Under the pieces are notes generated by a model. It did no database searches, had not been told where the DNA came from, and worked only from the letters and a program-made list of their open reading frames with translations. A stretch of DNA of 64,000 nt from Carcharhinus longimanus. Its lineage: Eukaryota. The stretch spans positions 17,239,874 through 17,303,873 of the forward strand of contig JASCQW010000099.1 in assembly GCA_030264375.1 (NCBI GenBank). The letters are read 5' to 3'. Position numbers and translations under genes: made by a program. Of the stretch, positions 49,568 to 61,799 are shown piece after piece (the stretch's first letter is position 1; every line of letters begins with the position of its first letter).

Positions 49568-52380
49568 CATTAGTGATACTCCCTTTATATAAAGAAACTA
49601 AAACCTCCTGTGATTCCATTCACTTTCAGAGGGAGCGCAATCAGTTCATGGTCTCTGAACAAACAGATGGATTTTAAAAATGGATTTTAACAGGGATTGG
49701 GCAATACTGTTTTTACATTGGAGCCAAATGGTTCCAATTGAAGAAAATTGTTCTAAATATATAAATAAAGGAAATATTAAATCATTTGGAGTTTTATGAA
49801 CTGGAAGATTAAAGTTGCATTGTGGGAAATTTTTCCCTGTATCAATGTAAAGAGTCAGACAAATTAGAGGCAAATATATTTCTGTTATTGATTCTCAAAT
49901 CTGAAGCATCAAAACCAGGATTCCTCCACTTGCCATCAGTGAGGCTGAGTTTCCTGGTTTATAGTTACTATTTATATTTATTACAGTCATTTACCTTTGA
50001 AGCTGGAATGATTGATTTACTTTTAGACCTTTTCCTGTGTAACCAAGTTGGACATGAATGGATTTTAACTGAATCAACTGCAGACTTAAGTTTCTTGGTG
50101 AACTCATCCTGGAGTGTGTTTTCCTGCTTATCTGCATTATTCAGACAAAGCCAATGATGCTCTTGCTGGTTTTTCAAGAGATTTACCCAATCAGTCCATC
50201 TCCTCTGCTCTCCCCCCATAACCCTGCAAATCTTTCCTTTCCAAGTATGTATCCTATTCTCTTTTGGAAGTTACAACTGAATCTGATTCCATTAATCTCT
50301 CCAGCAGTGTCTTTCAGAAATAATGATCATAATATTGTTAGGTTTGCAGTGGAAAACTTTCCCCAGGTGGAGGTTTAACTTTCATGAGTTGAAAAGAGAT
50401 CTAAACCAGGTGGATTGGAGTCAAATGTTCACCTTCTGAAAACTGTAACATCATATGGAGAACGTCTTGGGGAAAATTCAGCGGAAAGAATTAAGGGGAG
50501 GGTGGTAAGCTGGTTAGAAGTGTAGCCATCAAGGTGAAGTTATACCTTTTGGTGAAAATGCATTTTGAACGTAGGAAAGAATGATAATGTCAAAAAGGGG
50601 TTTGGGGATTCAGTACTACAGCCTAAAAAGAGGCTTTCAAGTGGATAAAGTGAAAGAGTTAAATTTAAGTGTTTGGTGCTGGGACCACTACGAATTCAAA
50701 CTGATGTACATTATCTGGATTCAGAAACTCAATGCAGAGTGACCAGTTTTGCAGCAGATACCAAATTGAGAGGGGCAGTGGAATAAGGAGAGAAACTACA
50801 GAATGAGTTGAACAGGTTACTTCAGTCAGTGGAAGAATGGTGGTGAAAGCTAATGGAGACAGTGTAAAGTGTTACAGGGCGGAAGGAAACCTTGACAGTA
50901 CGTGCTTAGCCAATGGTGCAGAAAATGACAGGAATGAAATTGAAAGAGACCTCAGAATCTGAGTCAATGCTGAATATCAACAACAAATGAGGAACAGCAA
51001 TCAACAAAGCCAATTGAATATCAAACAACAATAATGTAATGGAATTGATGCTATGTTGAGGCAGACTCTAACTAAAAATGGGACTGAATTTTACATTCAT
51101 CACTGATGCGTTTATAGTTGGTGGGGGGAGAGTGTACAATTCCTCAGATGGATTTCCTGCTGAGTTCTTGCCCACTTGTTCTGGTCCCTCCATAATTTCA
51201 TCCTTGGGTGGCAGAGACCTTGGCTGCAAACCCCTCCCTTCCTCTCCCCCACCTCCCCCCCAATATTTGCCCACTTGAGGCCCTTCACTATTATGGAACA
51301 CTCAATTGACATTTCCCACTCAGCCCCAATTTTCAGACTGGCCATTGTACTGCTGAATCATTACAATGCAGAAAAAGGCCATCCAGCCCATTAAGTCTGC
51401 ACTGACTCTCTGAAAGAGCATCTTACCCAGGCCCACCACCCCTCCTTATCCACATACCCCTGCACATTTCCTGGAGGATTTCTGGGAAACGCCCAAAAAT
51501 AAATTGGGTTCAGATCTCAGTCTGGAAGGGGCAGGAGTGCTTTCATCAGTAGCCTCCTGTTATCATTGGACACTGCCACTTTAAGTCTGGTAACCGCAGA
51601 ATCTAGCCCCACCCAAGCCTTCCCTTCAATTTCCAAATCCCTCTCTGACCATCAAGTTTCAGACCTCCCCTCCCCTTCCCATTCCAAGACCCCACAACTC
51701 CTCTGTTCTTGGACACCCGGGAGTTAGGCTTTGGGGCCTGTTTGCAGCTCCTGCCAGGAGGAGGGAGCTGCCGGGATTGGTCACCAGCTCTCTCAGGCAG
51801 GAGTTCCTCCTGAGTGACGGGTGTAAGGCCCCCCTCCAGTCAATTATCTCTGGCTGGGATGTTGGCATTTTTCAGATTGGGTGATGAATATGTGTCCCTT
51901 TTCTGGTCACATTCAAACGGCTGAAAAATGGGAATTGTATTTACAACAGATGGAGATTGGGAAGTGAACACATTGCAACAATTCTGATGTGACCATTAGA
52001 AAAGCACAATACCTCCCAAACAAGAAACTTTTACCTTTGTAATTTATTCCAGGATAATAGCAAGAGAAAAACACGCTTATGTTTGTACCTGTGAGTTCTC
52101 TCTCTCCAAATGGTTGTATTGAAGAGCATTACTGTATTCCTTAAATCCATTCTTCAAAGGATGTTCACATTGTTTGCATTGGTATTTATTGCCATGATGT
52201 TTATTTCCAAAATAACATTCAATAAAATGGTGATCCATATTGCAAGGATCATTTCCATGTACAGAAAGAGTGAGATTTGCATTGATATTGCACCATTCTG
52301 TTCCTCAGTAAGTCCCAAAGTCTTTCACAGCAGTGAGGTACTTTGAAGTTACTTACTGTTGAAAATTGGGAAATGTTGTA
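49568..52380. repeat. Upstream unit of subfamily II, copy 1 (copy 2 at 52978-55790; older partial copy at 42740-43360)
   Basis: Collinear similarity over about 2.8 kb, including shared nested repeats. Confidence 0.9.
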
Positions 52381-52384
52381 CTGA

Positions 52385-52877
52385 CTGTGTACAGTATTGG
52401 TCCCCTTACTTGAGAAAAAATACACTGGCACTGGAGGGGGTGCAGAGGAGATTCATTAGGTTGATTCCAGAATTGAGAGCGTTGGCTCATGGGGAGAGAC
52501 TGAGTAGACTAGGGCTATACTCATTGTAATTCAGAAGAACGAGGGGAGATCTTATAGAAACATATAAAAGATTATGAAGGGACTAGATAAGGTAGAAGCA
52601 GGGAAGTTGTTTCCACTGGCGGGTGAAAGTAGAACTAGGGGGCATAGCCTCAAAATAAGGGGAAGCAGATTTAGGATCTAGTTGAGGAAGAACTTCTTCA
52701 CACAAAGGGTTGTGAATCTGTGGAATTCCCTGCCCAGTGAAGCAGTTGAGGCTACCACACTGAATGTTTTTAAAGCAAGGATAGATAAATGTTTAAACAG
52801 TAAAGGAATTAAGGGTTATGGTGAGCGGGCGGGTAACTGGAGCTGAGTCCACAAAAAGATCAGCCATGATCTTATTG
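52385..52877 (+). mobile_element. CR1 3' end, relatively young
   Basis: VQYWSP, VQRRFIRLIP, RGDLIETYK, NFFTQRVVNLWNSLP. Confidence 0.9.
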
Positions 52878-52977
52878 NNNNNNNNNNNNNNNNNNNNNNN
52901 NNNNNNNNNNNNNNNNNNNNNNNNNNNNNNNNNNNNNNNNNNNNNNNNNNNNNNNNNNNNNNNNNNNNNNNNNNNNN

Positions 52978-55790
52978 CATTAGTGATACTCCCTTTATAT
53001 AAAGAAACTAAAACTTCCTGTGATTCCATTCACTTTCAGAGGGAGCGCAATCAGTTCACGGTCTCTGAACAAACAGGGTCAATGGATTTTAACTGGGATT
53101 GGGCAATACTGTTTTTACATTGGAGCCAAATGGTTCCAATTGAAGATTATTGTTCTAAATACGTAAATAAAGGAAATATTGACTCTTCGCTGCCTTATTC
53201 AGATATTAATAATTTGGGGTTTCATGAACTGAAAGATTAAAGTTGTATTGCGGGAAATTGTGCTCTGTATCAATGTAAAGAGTCAGAGAAATTAGCAGCA
53301 AATATATTTCTGTTATTGATTCTCAAATCCAAAGCATCAAAACCAGGGATCCTCCATTTGCCATCAGTGAGGCTCAGTTTCCTGGTATATAGTTATTATT
53401 TCACGTTACATTACCAATTATTTACCTTTGAGTTTGGAGTGTTTGATTTACTTTTAGACTTTTTCCTGTGTAATCTTGATGAGCATGAATGGATTTTAAT
53501 TGATTCAACTGTAGATGTAAGTTTCACATTGAACTCATTCTGTAGGGCGTTTTCCGGCTTGTCTGCATTTATCAGGAGAAGGCAAAGATGCCCATACTGA
53601 TTCTTCGAGTAAGTTAACCAATCAGTCCACCTCCTCTGCTCTTCCCCCATAACTCTGCAAATCTTTTCCTTAAACTGTATACCCCATTCTCTTTTGGAAG
53701 TTACCACTGAATCTGATTATATTACTCAATCAGGTAATCCCTTCTAGAAAGAGTGATCATAATAGCTTTAGGCTTACAGTGGTTATGGAAAAATCAATAG
53801 TGAAAACTTTCACCTGGTAGAGGCTTAACTTTCAGGAGTTGAAAAGAGTTCACAGCCAGCTGAATTGGAGTCAAATATTCATCTTCTGAAAGATATGAAA
53901 GATACAGGAGATGATTTGGGGAAAATTCAGTGGAAGGAATTAAGGGGAGGGTGGCAAGCTGGTTATAAGTATAATAGCCATCAAGATGAAGTTGTACATT
54001 TTGGTGAAAATATATTTTGAATGGAGGAAAGATGGATATTATAAGAAAAAGGGGTTGGGAGTTCAGTATTCCAGCTTAAAAAGACCTTTTCAATTGATGA
54101 GGTGAAATAGTTAATTTCGACTTGGTACTGGGACCACTATGAGATCAAACTGCGATAAATAATACAAATTCTGAAACTCAATGCAACGTCAAATTTGCAG
54201 TAGTTGTCAAACTGAGAGGAGCAGTGGAATAAGGAGACTACAGAATGAGTTGCTCAGGTTACTTCAGTCAGTGGAAGAATGGTGGTGAAAGTTAATGGAG
54301 ACAGAGTAAGGTATTCCAGGTCGGAAGGAAACCTAAGCAGTAAGTTCTTAGTGCAAGAATGAAACAGAAAGAGACTTCGGACTTGGAGTCAATGCTGAAT
54401 TTCAGCAATAAATGAGGAGCAGCAATTTGCAAAGCCAATCGAATACTAAATGAAAATAATGTAATGGAATTAATGCTACGTTAAGGCAAACGCTAACTAA
54501 AAACGTGACAGAATTTACATTCACCTTTGGTGGCTGTGTAGATAGTGGTGGTGAGTGTACAATTCCTCAACTGGTTCTCTTGCTGAGTTACTGCCCACCC
54601 GCCCCTGTCCCTCCACAATTTCATCCTTGGGTGGGCACGGCCTTGGCGCAGCCCCACCTTCCTCTCCCTACCTCCACCCCTCGCAATACTTGCCACTTGA
54701 GGCCCTTCATTGACTCATTATGGACCATTAAATGGCCATTTCCCACTCAGATCCAATTTTCAGACTGGTCATTGAACTATAGAATTACTACAATGTTGAA
54801 GGAGGCCATTCAGCCCATCGGGCCTACACTGACTCTCTGAAAGAGCATCCTCTCCAGGCCCACCACTTATGTGTATCCCTATATCCCTGCACATTTCCAG
54901 GAGGATTTATGAGGAAAGCCCAAAAATAAATTGGGTTCTGGCCTCGGTTGGGTAGGGTCAGATGTGCTTTCAGCAGTAACTCCCTTTTATCATCAGATTA
55001 AAGCCTGGTAACCACAGGATCTATCCCCTGTCCCAGCCTTCCTACTGATTCCCCAATCCCTCTCTACACATAATCCTCCAAGCCCACCACCGTCCCCCCC
55101 AACCTCTCCTCCCTTCCTCAGCCTAAAACCCCACAACATCCCAATTCTTGGACACCCTCGAGTTTTGGCTTAGGACCCTGTTTTCAGCAACTGCCAGGAG
55201 GATGGAGCTGCAGCTCTCTTAAGGTGGTACTTCCTCCTCAGTGACGGATGTAAGACCTGCCTGCAGCCAATTACCTCTGGTGGCATGTTGGCATTTTTCA
55301 GATTGGGTGATAAATGTGTGTCCCTTCCTAGTCACATTCAAACAGGTGAAAAATAGGAATTATATTTAGAGCAGGTGGAGATCGGGAAGTGAACACATTG
55401 CAACAATTCCGAGGTGACACCATCAGAAAAGCACAATACCCACCAAAGTTGAAACCTTTCCTTTTGTAACTGATTCCAGGGAAATAACAAAATAGAAACA
55501 CACTTGTGTTTGTGTCTGTGAGTTCTCTCTCCAAACTGCTGTATTAAAGAGTGTTAATATATTCCTTAAATCCATTCTTCACAGAAGGTTCACATTGTTC
55601 ACATTTGTAGTGCCATGATGTCTGTTTCCAACATAACATTCAATAAAATGATGATCCATGTTGTAAAATTCATCTCTCTGTACAGGAAGAGTGAGATTTG
55701 CATTGATGTAGCACCTTCCACTTCCTCAGTAAGTCCCTAAGTCTTCCACAGTAATGAGGTACTTTGAAATTAGTGGGAAATGTGGCAGCT
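52978..55790. repeat. Upstream unit of subfamily II, copy 2 (promoter of an unassembled unit G)
   Basis: Starts at a gap with the same TATA block; collinear with 49568-52380. Confidence 0.85.
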
Positions 55791-56247
55791 AATAATTACC
55801 AAGGCCTCACCGATAACACTGAGATCGTTGAACAGACGTTCTGGCTGGGGTTTTCTGGTTGTGCTTGACCCAAGACTAGAAAATCCTGCCTGGGGCCGAT
55901 AGACCTTTGCATGGTCCTGTCCCTCTCATTCTGATTCGCAGGATAGGAAGTTCCCGCCCTGTAACTTTGGAGACATTGATTACGGGATAAATATTAGCCA
56001 GAAGACTCAGAAGATCTCCATTCAATTTGTTCAACTTAGTGACTTGGGCACTTCCACAGCCACCTAACAGGGGAGAGGAGTCTTGATTTATTAGCTTGTT
56101 TGAAATGCACGTTTGAAAGTTCAGTTCCAGATTGTTTATGGGCTTAGAGTAAGTATCAATCCCAGGAGAGAATTTAAGATAAAATTTAGCAGAATGCTAT
56201 CAATGCTTTGTTACTTGTTTTCATGTTGATTTGGTTATTAGACACAA

Positions 56248-56349
56248 TCAAAAAAAAATTATTGCACTTCTCAACTTCTTTCTGAATTTAATCTGAACCA
56301 GTGCATAAATGCACATATTTGTATAAGAGCTCAGCAGTTGGAATGTATC
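56248..56349 (-). pseudogene. GPR139-like unit H, TM7 fragment
   Basis: DTFQLLSSYTNMCIYALVQIKFRKKLRSAIIFF*, homologous to unit E DMFQLLSSCTNTYIYALAQTKFREKLKNAI. Cut by the CR1 insertion at 56350. Not in the ORF track. Confidence 0.8.
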
Positions 56350-56555
56350 ATAAGAACGTAAGAACTAAGAGCAGGAATAGGCCATCTAACCCCTCGAGCC
56401 TGCTCTGCCATTCAATAAGATCATGGCTGATCTTTTTGTGGACACAGCGCCACTTACTCGCCCACTCACTATAACCCTTAATTCCTTTACTGTTCAAAAA
56501 TTTATCTATCCTTGCCTTAAAAATGTTCAATGAGGTAGCCTCAACTGCTTCACTG
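56350..56555 (-). mobile_element. CR1 3' end inserted into unit H
   Basis: EAVEATSLNIFKARIDKFL and a (ttctta) tail; same family as 52740-52877. Confidence 0.9.
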
Positions 56556-56599
56556 ATTGCTACGATTAGCAAACAGTTCCAATATCCCAATTTCAGTTA

Positions 56600-56725
56600 G
56601 GGGGAGGTGGTGACATAGTGGAATTGTTACAGGACTCTTAATCCAAAGACCCAGGGCAATGCCCTAAGGACCCAGGTTCAAATCCCACCACTGCAGATGG
56701 TGAAATTTGAATTAAATAAAAACGT
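56600..56725 (+). mobile_element. tRNA-derived SINE head (SacSINE1-like)
   Basis: ggtggtgacatagtgg...ccaggttcaaatcccaccactgcagatggtgaaatttgaatt. Confidence 0.6.
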
Positions 56726-57949
56726 CTCATGGTGACTGTGGCTGAATGGACATTTAACTTTTAAGATGCTGAAAGATCTTCAATCAAGCAAACCTTTTTT
56801 TTAGTTAAAGTTGTTTTTCCATTGTGCTGGGATTTCTTGTGGTGTCAGATGTAACAGCTTGTCCTTGGTAGGGAAGAGTGATATACAATCTTTTGGAGCC
56901 AGTGTCCTTCATCTGGGCATTGGACTGTAAATTATATGTACTTCAGAGGCCGAGAGATTAGGCTTGAGGTGACCAACGCCTCTATTCTGCCTGCATGAGA
57001 TTGGCGTAAGCAAATGACGCAATTGGGGTTTCTGATCAATTCATTAGCTTGATGGCAGAGAATCTTCCAGAAGCGAGCGGAGGTTTATGGATAAAGAGAC
57101 ATGTGAGCTTTTATTTTCGAGTGATAACTCATGGAGACAAACCAGCACATGAAGACATTGACCCCGAAGGATGCTTCAGAGAACAGGAAGATAGATTCTA
57201 CATCGAGGCTATTTCTTGACCAAGCTTTTCCTAAACATGGTAGCGTATATTTTCAGTGAAATAGTTAAAGTTATGTCTAATTAAAGTTGACGTTCAGTTA
57301 AAGTTGAAGTGCAATTTAAGAGTTAAAGTTCCATTGGAAGTTAATGTTCAGTTAGTGTTAAAGTTCAGGAAAGAGTTAATGAGGTTGCAAGAGTTTATTT
57401 TTGAGTTGTTAGTAGAAGTGTTAAATCAAGGAATTGTTGAATTACTGTCCTTGCTTGTCTCAATAAACTGGAATGCTTGGAAAGTGTTCAAATTCAAGCT
57501 GTGTAACAGTGATTATGAAATCATTATTGATAGTTGTAAAAACTCATCAGGTTCACTGATGTCCATTAGAGAAGGAAACTATCTCAAGAAAAAAATAGGT
57601 AAGGAGAATATGTAAAGTATACTCTAAAGTGGGTTTAATTTAATGTTGTTGCATAAGGTAATGTAAACCTAGAGGCTGGAATTCTCCAGTCTCGCATTCC
57701 TGTGGCCACTGCCAATGAGAACAGAGAATTTGGTGCTCAACAGCAGGTCTGGAAAATCCCAGCAACGGGCGAGGTCAGGGAATCTGGCCCATCGTTAAAT
57801 TCCTGTTGGGCAAAGGTGATTTCATCTGGGAGATTTTGGTTTCACATTAAACAAAATAGCAACATGGTTTTGAGGATTATGACTAGATATAAACAAGCAT
57901 GGAGAAGCATAAAGTTGATGCTTTAGGGTAGGAAGGCGTTTTAAGTTTA

Positions 57950-60250
57950 ATTTTAGCTGAACTCTTGAGCAGTTGGAGTAATGTAGTGAGAGAGAAGGAA
58001 GTTACCACATCTCTGCTGGAAGCAGTAAAAAACAGACAATGGAGTAAGTCGCACAAAATCAAACCTCAGGGGAACTAAAGGACAGTTAGTTCCAGAAACC
58101 AGAGAATGGAAAAGGAGCTTTGAGAATATTAAGGGAAAAGGATCAAAGAGTAACTGCCATTGAGAGCAGGATACTGGTAATGAAATTCAAAGTCAGATCT
58201 GGGGAGAGAAGAGTTGATAAGTTTGGCTACAGACAAGTCACATATCTGAACTAATTGTAAAGTTTGTGTCCTTATTTCTAGTGTTTGCGGCAATAATATT
58301 CTATTGGGGACTGAGTACCTGAGTTTGTGTAAAAATATTTATGACAAGGGAAATTTGAAAAAGGGATGGAAAATCTGGAACTGGATTCCTTGTTAAAGTG
58401 GGGTGGAAGCTTTGTCTGACAGTATTGGTGGAAAACCTGGATTGGGCTTCTAATGCAAGCAGTTGATGGAACGCATTGTTTGAAAGAAGATTTTAAAGCC
58501 TGTCTTTTTGGGAGTGGAGTTCCGGAAACCATCACGTCACAATCAGCTGGGGGGATTGTGAGAGAAATCCACAGATCATTGAGTGGTATCAGCCATTTAA
58601 TTCAGAGTTATCTTTGAAAACTACATATTTGTGAAGCTTAAGAGGGAATTAAAGGAGTATTGCGTCAGAATCAAACTTTTCATATTTAAAAAATGCTTTT
58701 TCCTTGTTAAAATGAATCAACAGTCCTTACACTCTGTACCTCTATGTTTCCTAAAAAAAAATTAAGATCTTTTGAGCAGTGTTCCATTCTGGAATTTTCC
58801 CATCCACTAGTAACACCAACTGGGGTTGCAACAAAAGTGGGGGCTCTTCTAGGATTTCAAAATGTGCAGAAAGGTTACTGATGCTGATCAATAAAACTTG
58901 GTCTGAGACTAATTGTTAAAACCTGGGAATTATGGATCCTGAAAAAAAAAGTAAGTGGGACAGTGAGGTGCTGGACATAGAAATTGCAGTTACTGAGGTG
59001 TAATGTCTGGGTTAGAATCCAAAATGGCATGAGAGATTGCGAAGATTTCCTAAAGGTGGAAGATGTCGCTCTGACCGGTTTACAGAAAGTAACCAAGAGT
59101 CAGTTAAACAAATTTGGCAAAGAACTGGAATTAGGATTACCTGTGGGGAAATGAAACATGAGATTACTGAAAACACACATTTAAGTGTGCGAGGATAGGT
59201 TGAGAAACCAAATACCCTGAAATGTGAGGCAATTGAAGTAGCAACACTTCAATTACAAATGAAACAATGAGCGATGCAGGAAAGGGGAAAATGAAGAAAT
59301 GGAAATGGGAAAACCTGAAGTGCAAATGGAAAAAGTCAGGAATGGAAGGAAGAGAAAAGTAGAGAGAGAATTTCAGTTTAAAATGCTCTTAGTTTAAAAA
59401 GAGACACCGGCGCAGGTGGAGGAAGGTTGTCGTTCTAGAGAAGAACCTTGTGCGGAAATATTTAAATTTATAAAAGCAATTACAAAATTTGAGGAGAATG
59501 ATGTGGAAGCATTCTTTATTTTTTTTGGAAAGGAGGCAAAATAAATTTAGACATTACTTTTGCAAAACAAAATAGTAAGTACAGCGAGTGAGATGTATGC
59601 TTCTTTGTCAGAAGAGATATCAGTAGATTACGATGCGGTAAAGAAACATATACTTAGTGCATAAGAGTTGATTCCTGAACTGCATGGGTGAAATGTTGAA
59701 GCAAAAGAAAACAGTCAGACAAACCTATATTGCATTTGAGTTAGTGAAGCAAAACAATTTTATCTGTTAGAGATAGGGAGAAAATATGGAATGCTTAGAC
59801 AAGTAATTCTTTTGGGAGAAATTGAAGGTTCACTGTCTCTTAGGACTCATGCTGAGGGACAAATAGTTAAAACTTCTAGACTGGCAGCAAAGCTAGCAGG
59901 TCATTTAAAAATGGCCCATTGGAACAAACCTGTTTTTGTCATCCTTTTAAACGTCAGAAGGATAGAAGGTGGGAAGGACAAAAGAGAACAAATACTCAAG
60001 GAAAAGATAGAACAATTGGGAATGATCAGGAAATGTTACCTCAGTTTAGAAGGAAGATGCTGAGGGAGGAGCCTAAGTGTTTCCATTGGAACAAAGTGGG
60101 GCATATTTGGGCAGGTTGTTGGAAGGTAAATGGAAATCGAGTTACAGTAATAGAAAAGGAAGCACAAGAAAAGGCTATGACTGTTAAAAGTGGTACAGAT
60201 GAACCATCCTCCTTCAGAATCAATGAGAAGGGGGGTAGATTCAGGTAGTG
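57950..60250 (+). mobile_element. Gmr1-like Gypsy 5' portion: LTR ending near 58833, tRNA-Pro-like PBS, decayed gag
   Basis: ...CAACA followed by TGGGGGCTCttctaGGAT (58838-58855); KFEENDVEAFF, YDAVKKHILSA*ELIPE, and a degenerate zinc knuckle CFHWNKVGHIWAGC. Left LTR edge uncertain. Confidence 0.75.
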
Positions 60251-60464
60251 GGTAACAATTGCTTTTGTCCAAAACCCCTTATTTGAGACAAGATGACTTT
60301 AGCGGTCGCAGAACTGCGGCGTGCCAGAGTACATAAAGGGTATTGGAAGACCAAGGCATTTCTCCAAATATTTCCCTTTTCAATAAAAATAAAAACAGAA
60401 ATATTGCATACAAAATCCTTTGCTATTGCAAGTTATCCACATATTGCATCTATAATTAAACTCA

Positions 60465-60870
60465 GAATCACAGAATTGTTACACTATCTCTCTGAACATG
60501 AGTGCCATTCTATTGTCTTTTCCTCGAACCCCTGCATAGTGTTTCTATTCGAATAATCATCTAATACCCTCTGGAATGCTTCATTTGAACTTGTCTCCAT
60601 CACACACTGAGGCAGTGCATTCCCGACCTGAACTACTCGCTGTGTGAAAAAGTTTATTTCTGACATTGCATTCACTTATTTTGCAAATCACTTTAAATCC
60701 CTGTCATCTTGTTCTTGATCATTTTCCAAGCAGGGAAATTTCTCCCTATCTACTCTGTCCAGACCCCTCATGATTTTGAGCAACTCTTCTCCAAGGAGAA
60801 CAGTCCCAACTTCTTGAATCTATCTTCATAACTGAGTTTTCTCATCCCCGGTATCATCATTGTAAAACGC
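60465..60870 (-). mobile_element. CR1 3' end
   Basis: INFFTQRVVQVGNALPQ in the ORF track, with the CR1 tail at 60465. Confidence 0.85.
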
Positions 60871-61109
60871 TTTTTGCTGTCCCTACTTGCACATCCAGGT
60901 CTCTCTGCTCTTGTGCACCATTTATATTTGTGCCCATTATTTTATTTTCTCTCCATGTTCTTCCTACAAAAACAAAACAACTTACAATTCTCCATGTGCA
61001 ACATCATTTGTCTGCTGTCTATCCACTCTACCAACTTATCTATAGCCTTTTCAAGTTTCACATCGACTTCCTCACAGTTTGCAATGCTTCTAAGGTTTGT
61101 ATCATCCAC

Positions 61110-61675
61110 ACTTCCCAAATAGGGGTTAATTCATTGGGCTCTTGGCATCTAATCAATGATGGGGCAACTCTGCATCCTGAGAGGAGCCATCAGTTAATTG
61201 GAGGTGACCACCATGTGGCAGTCCAGGGAGCATTGCTGCAGAGACTGAGGATCCCACAGATGGGGACATGGGCAGGGAAGGTCCCACATTATAAAAGTAT
61301 TTCTGTGAACATTTCCCGGCCCAGTTCCTGAGGTTTCTTCCTGGCTGAGCAGTGAGAATCTGTCCCAATGGAGTGACAGAGCGGCAGCATCAGGAGCCTA
61401 GCTTAGAACAGTGAAAACATCAGTCACCAATTAGAGCTCGATACCAGCCTGTTTATCATTTGTTGAGAAGTAGAATTCTAATCATTCTTGTCAATCATTC
61501 CTGCATCCTCCTTGGTGCGTCAATATCCTTTTTATAATGTGGTGACCAGAACAATACACAGAGCTGTAAGTGTGGTCTGATAATGCTTTGGACAGCTTTA
61601 GCTACAATTCTCTAATTTTCAATTCCAATCTTTGAGAATTAAATGCTGTTTGGTTTTCTCCTCTAACAGCCTTAA
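61110..61675. repeat. Third copy of the subfamily I downstream-flank unit
   Basis: Closely collinear with 20990-21555 and more distantly with 13860-14330. Confidence 0.85.
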
Positions 61676-61799
61676 TAGCACTCTGCCTCACAGCGCCAGA
61701 GACCTGGGTTCAATTCCAGCCTCCGGTGACTGTCTGCATGGAGTTTGCACATTCTGCCTGCGTGTGCGTGGGTTTCAACCGGATGCGCCAGTTTCCTCA

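Noticed and set aside
49534-49610. Apparent extra promoter copy
   Set aside because: Exact repeat of 49357-49433 across a gap, most likely an unmerged contig overlap. The same applies to 11153-11208 against 11309-11363.
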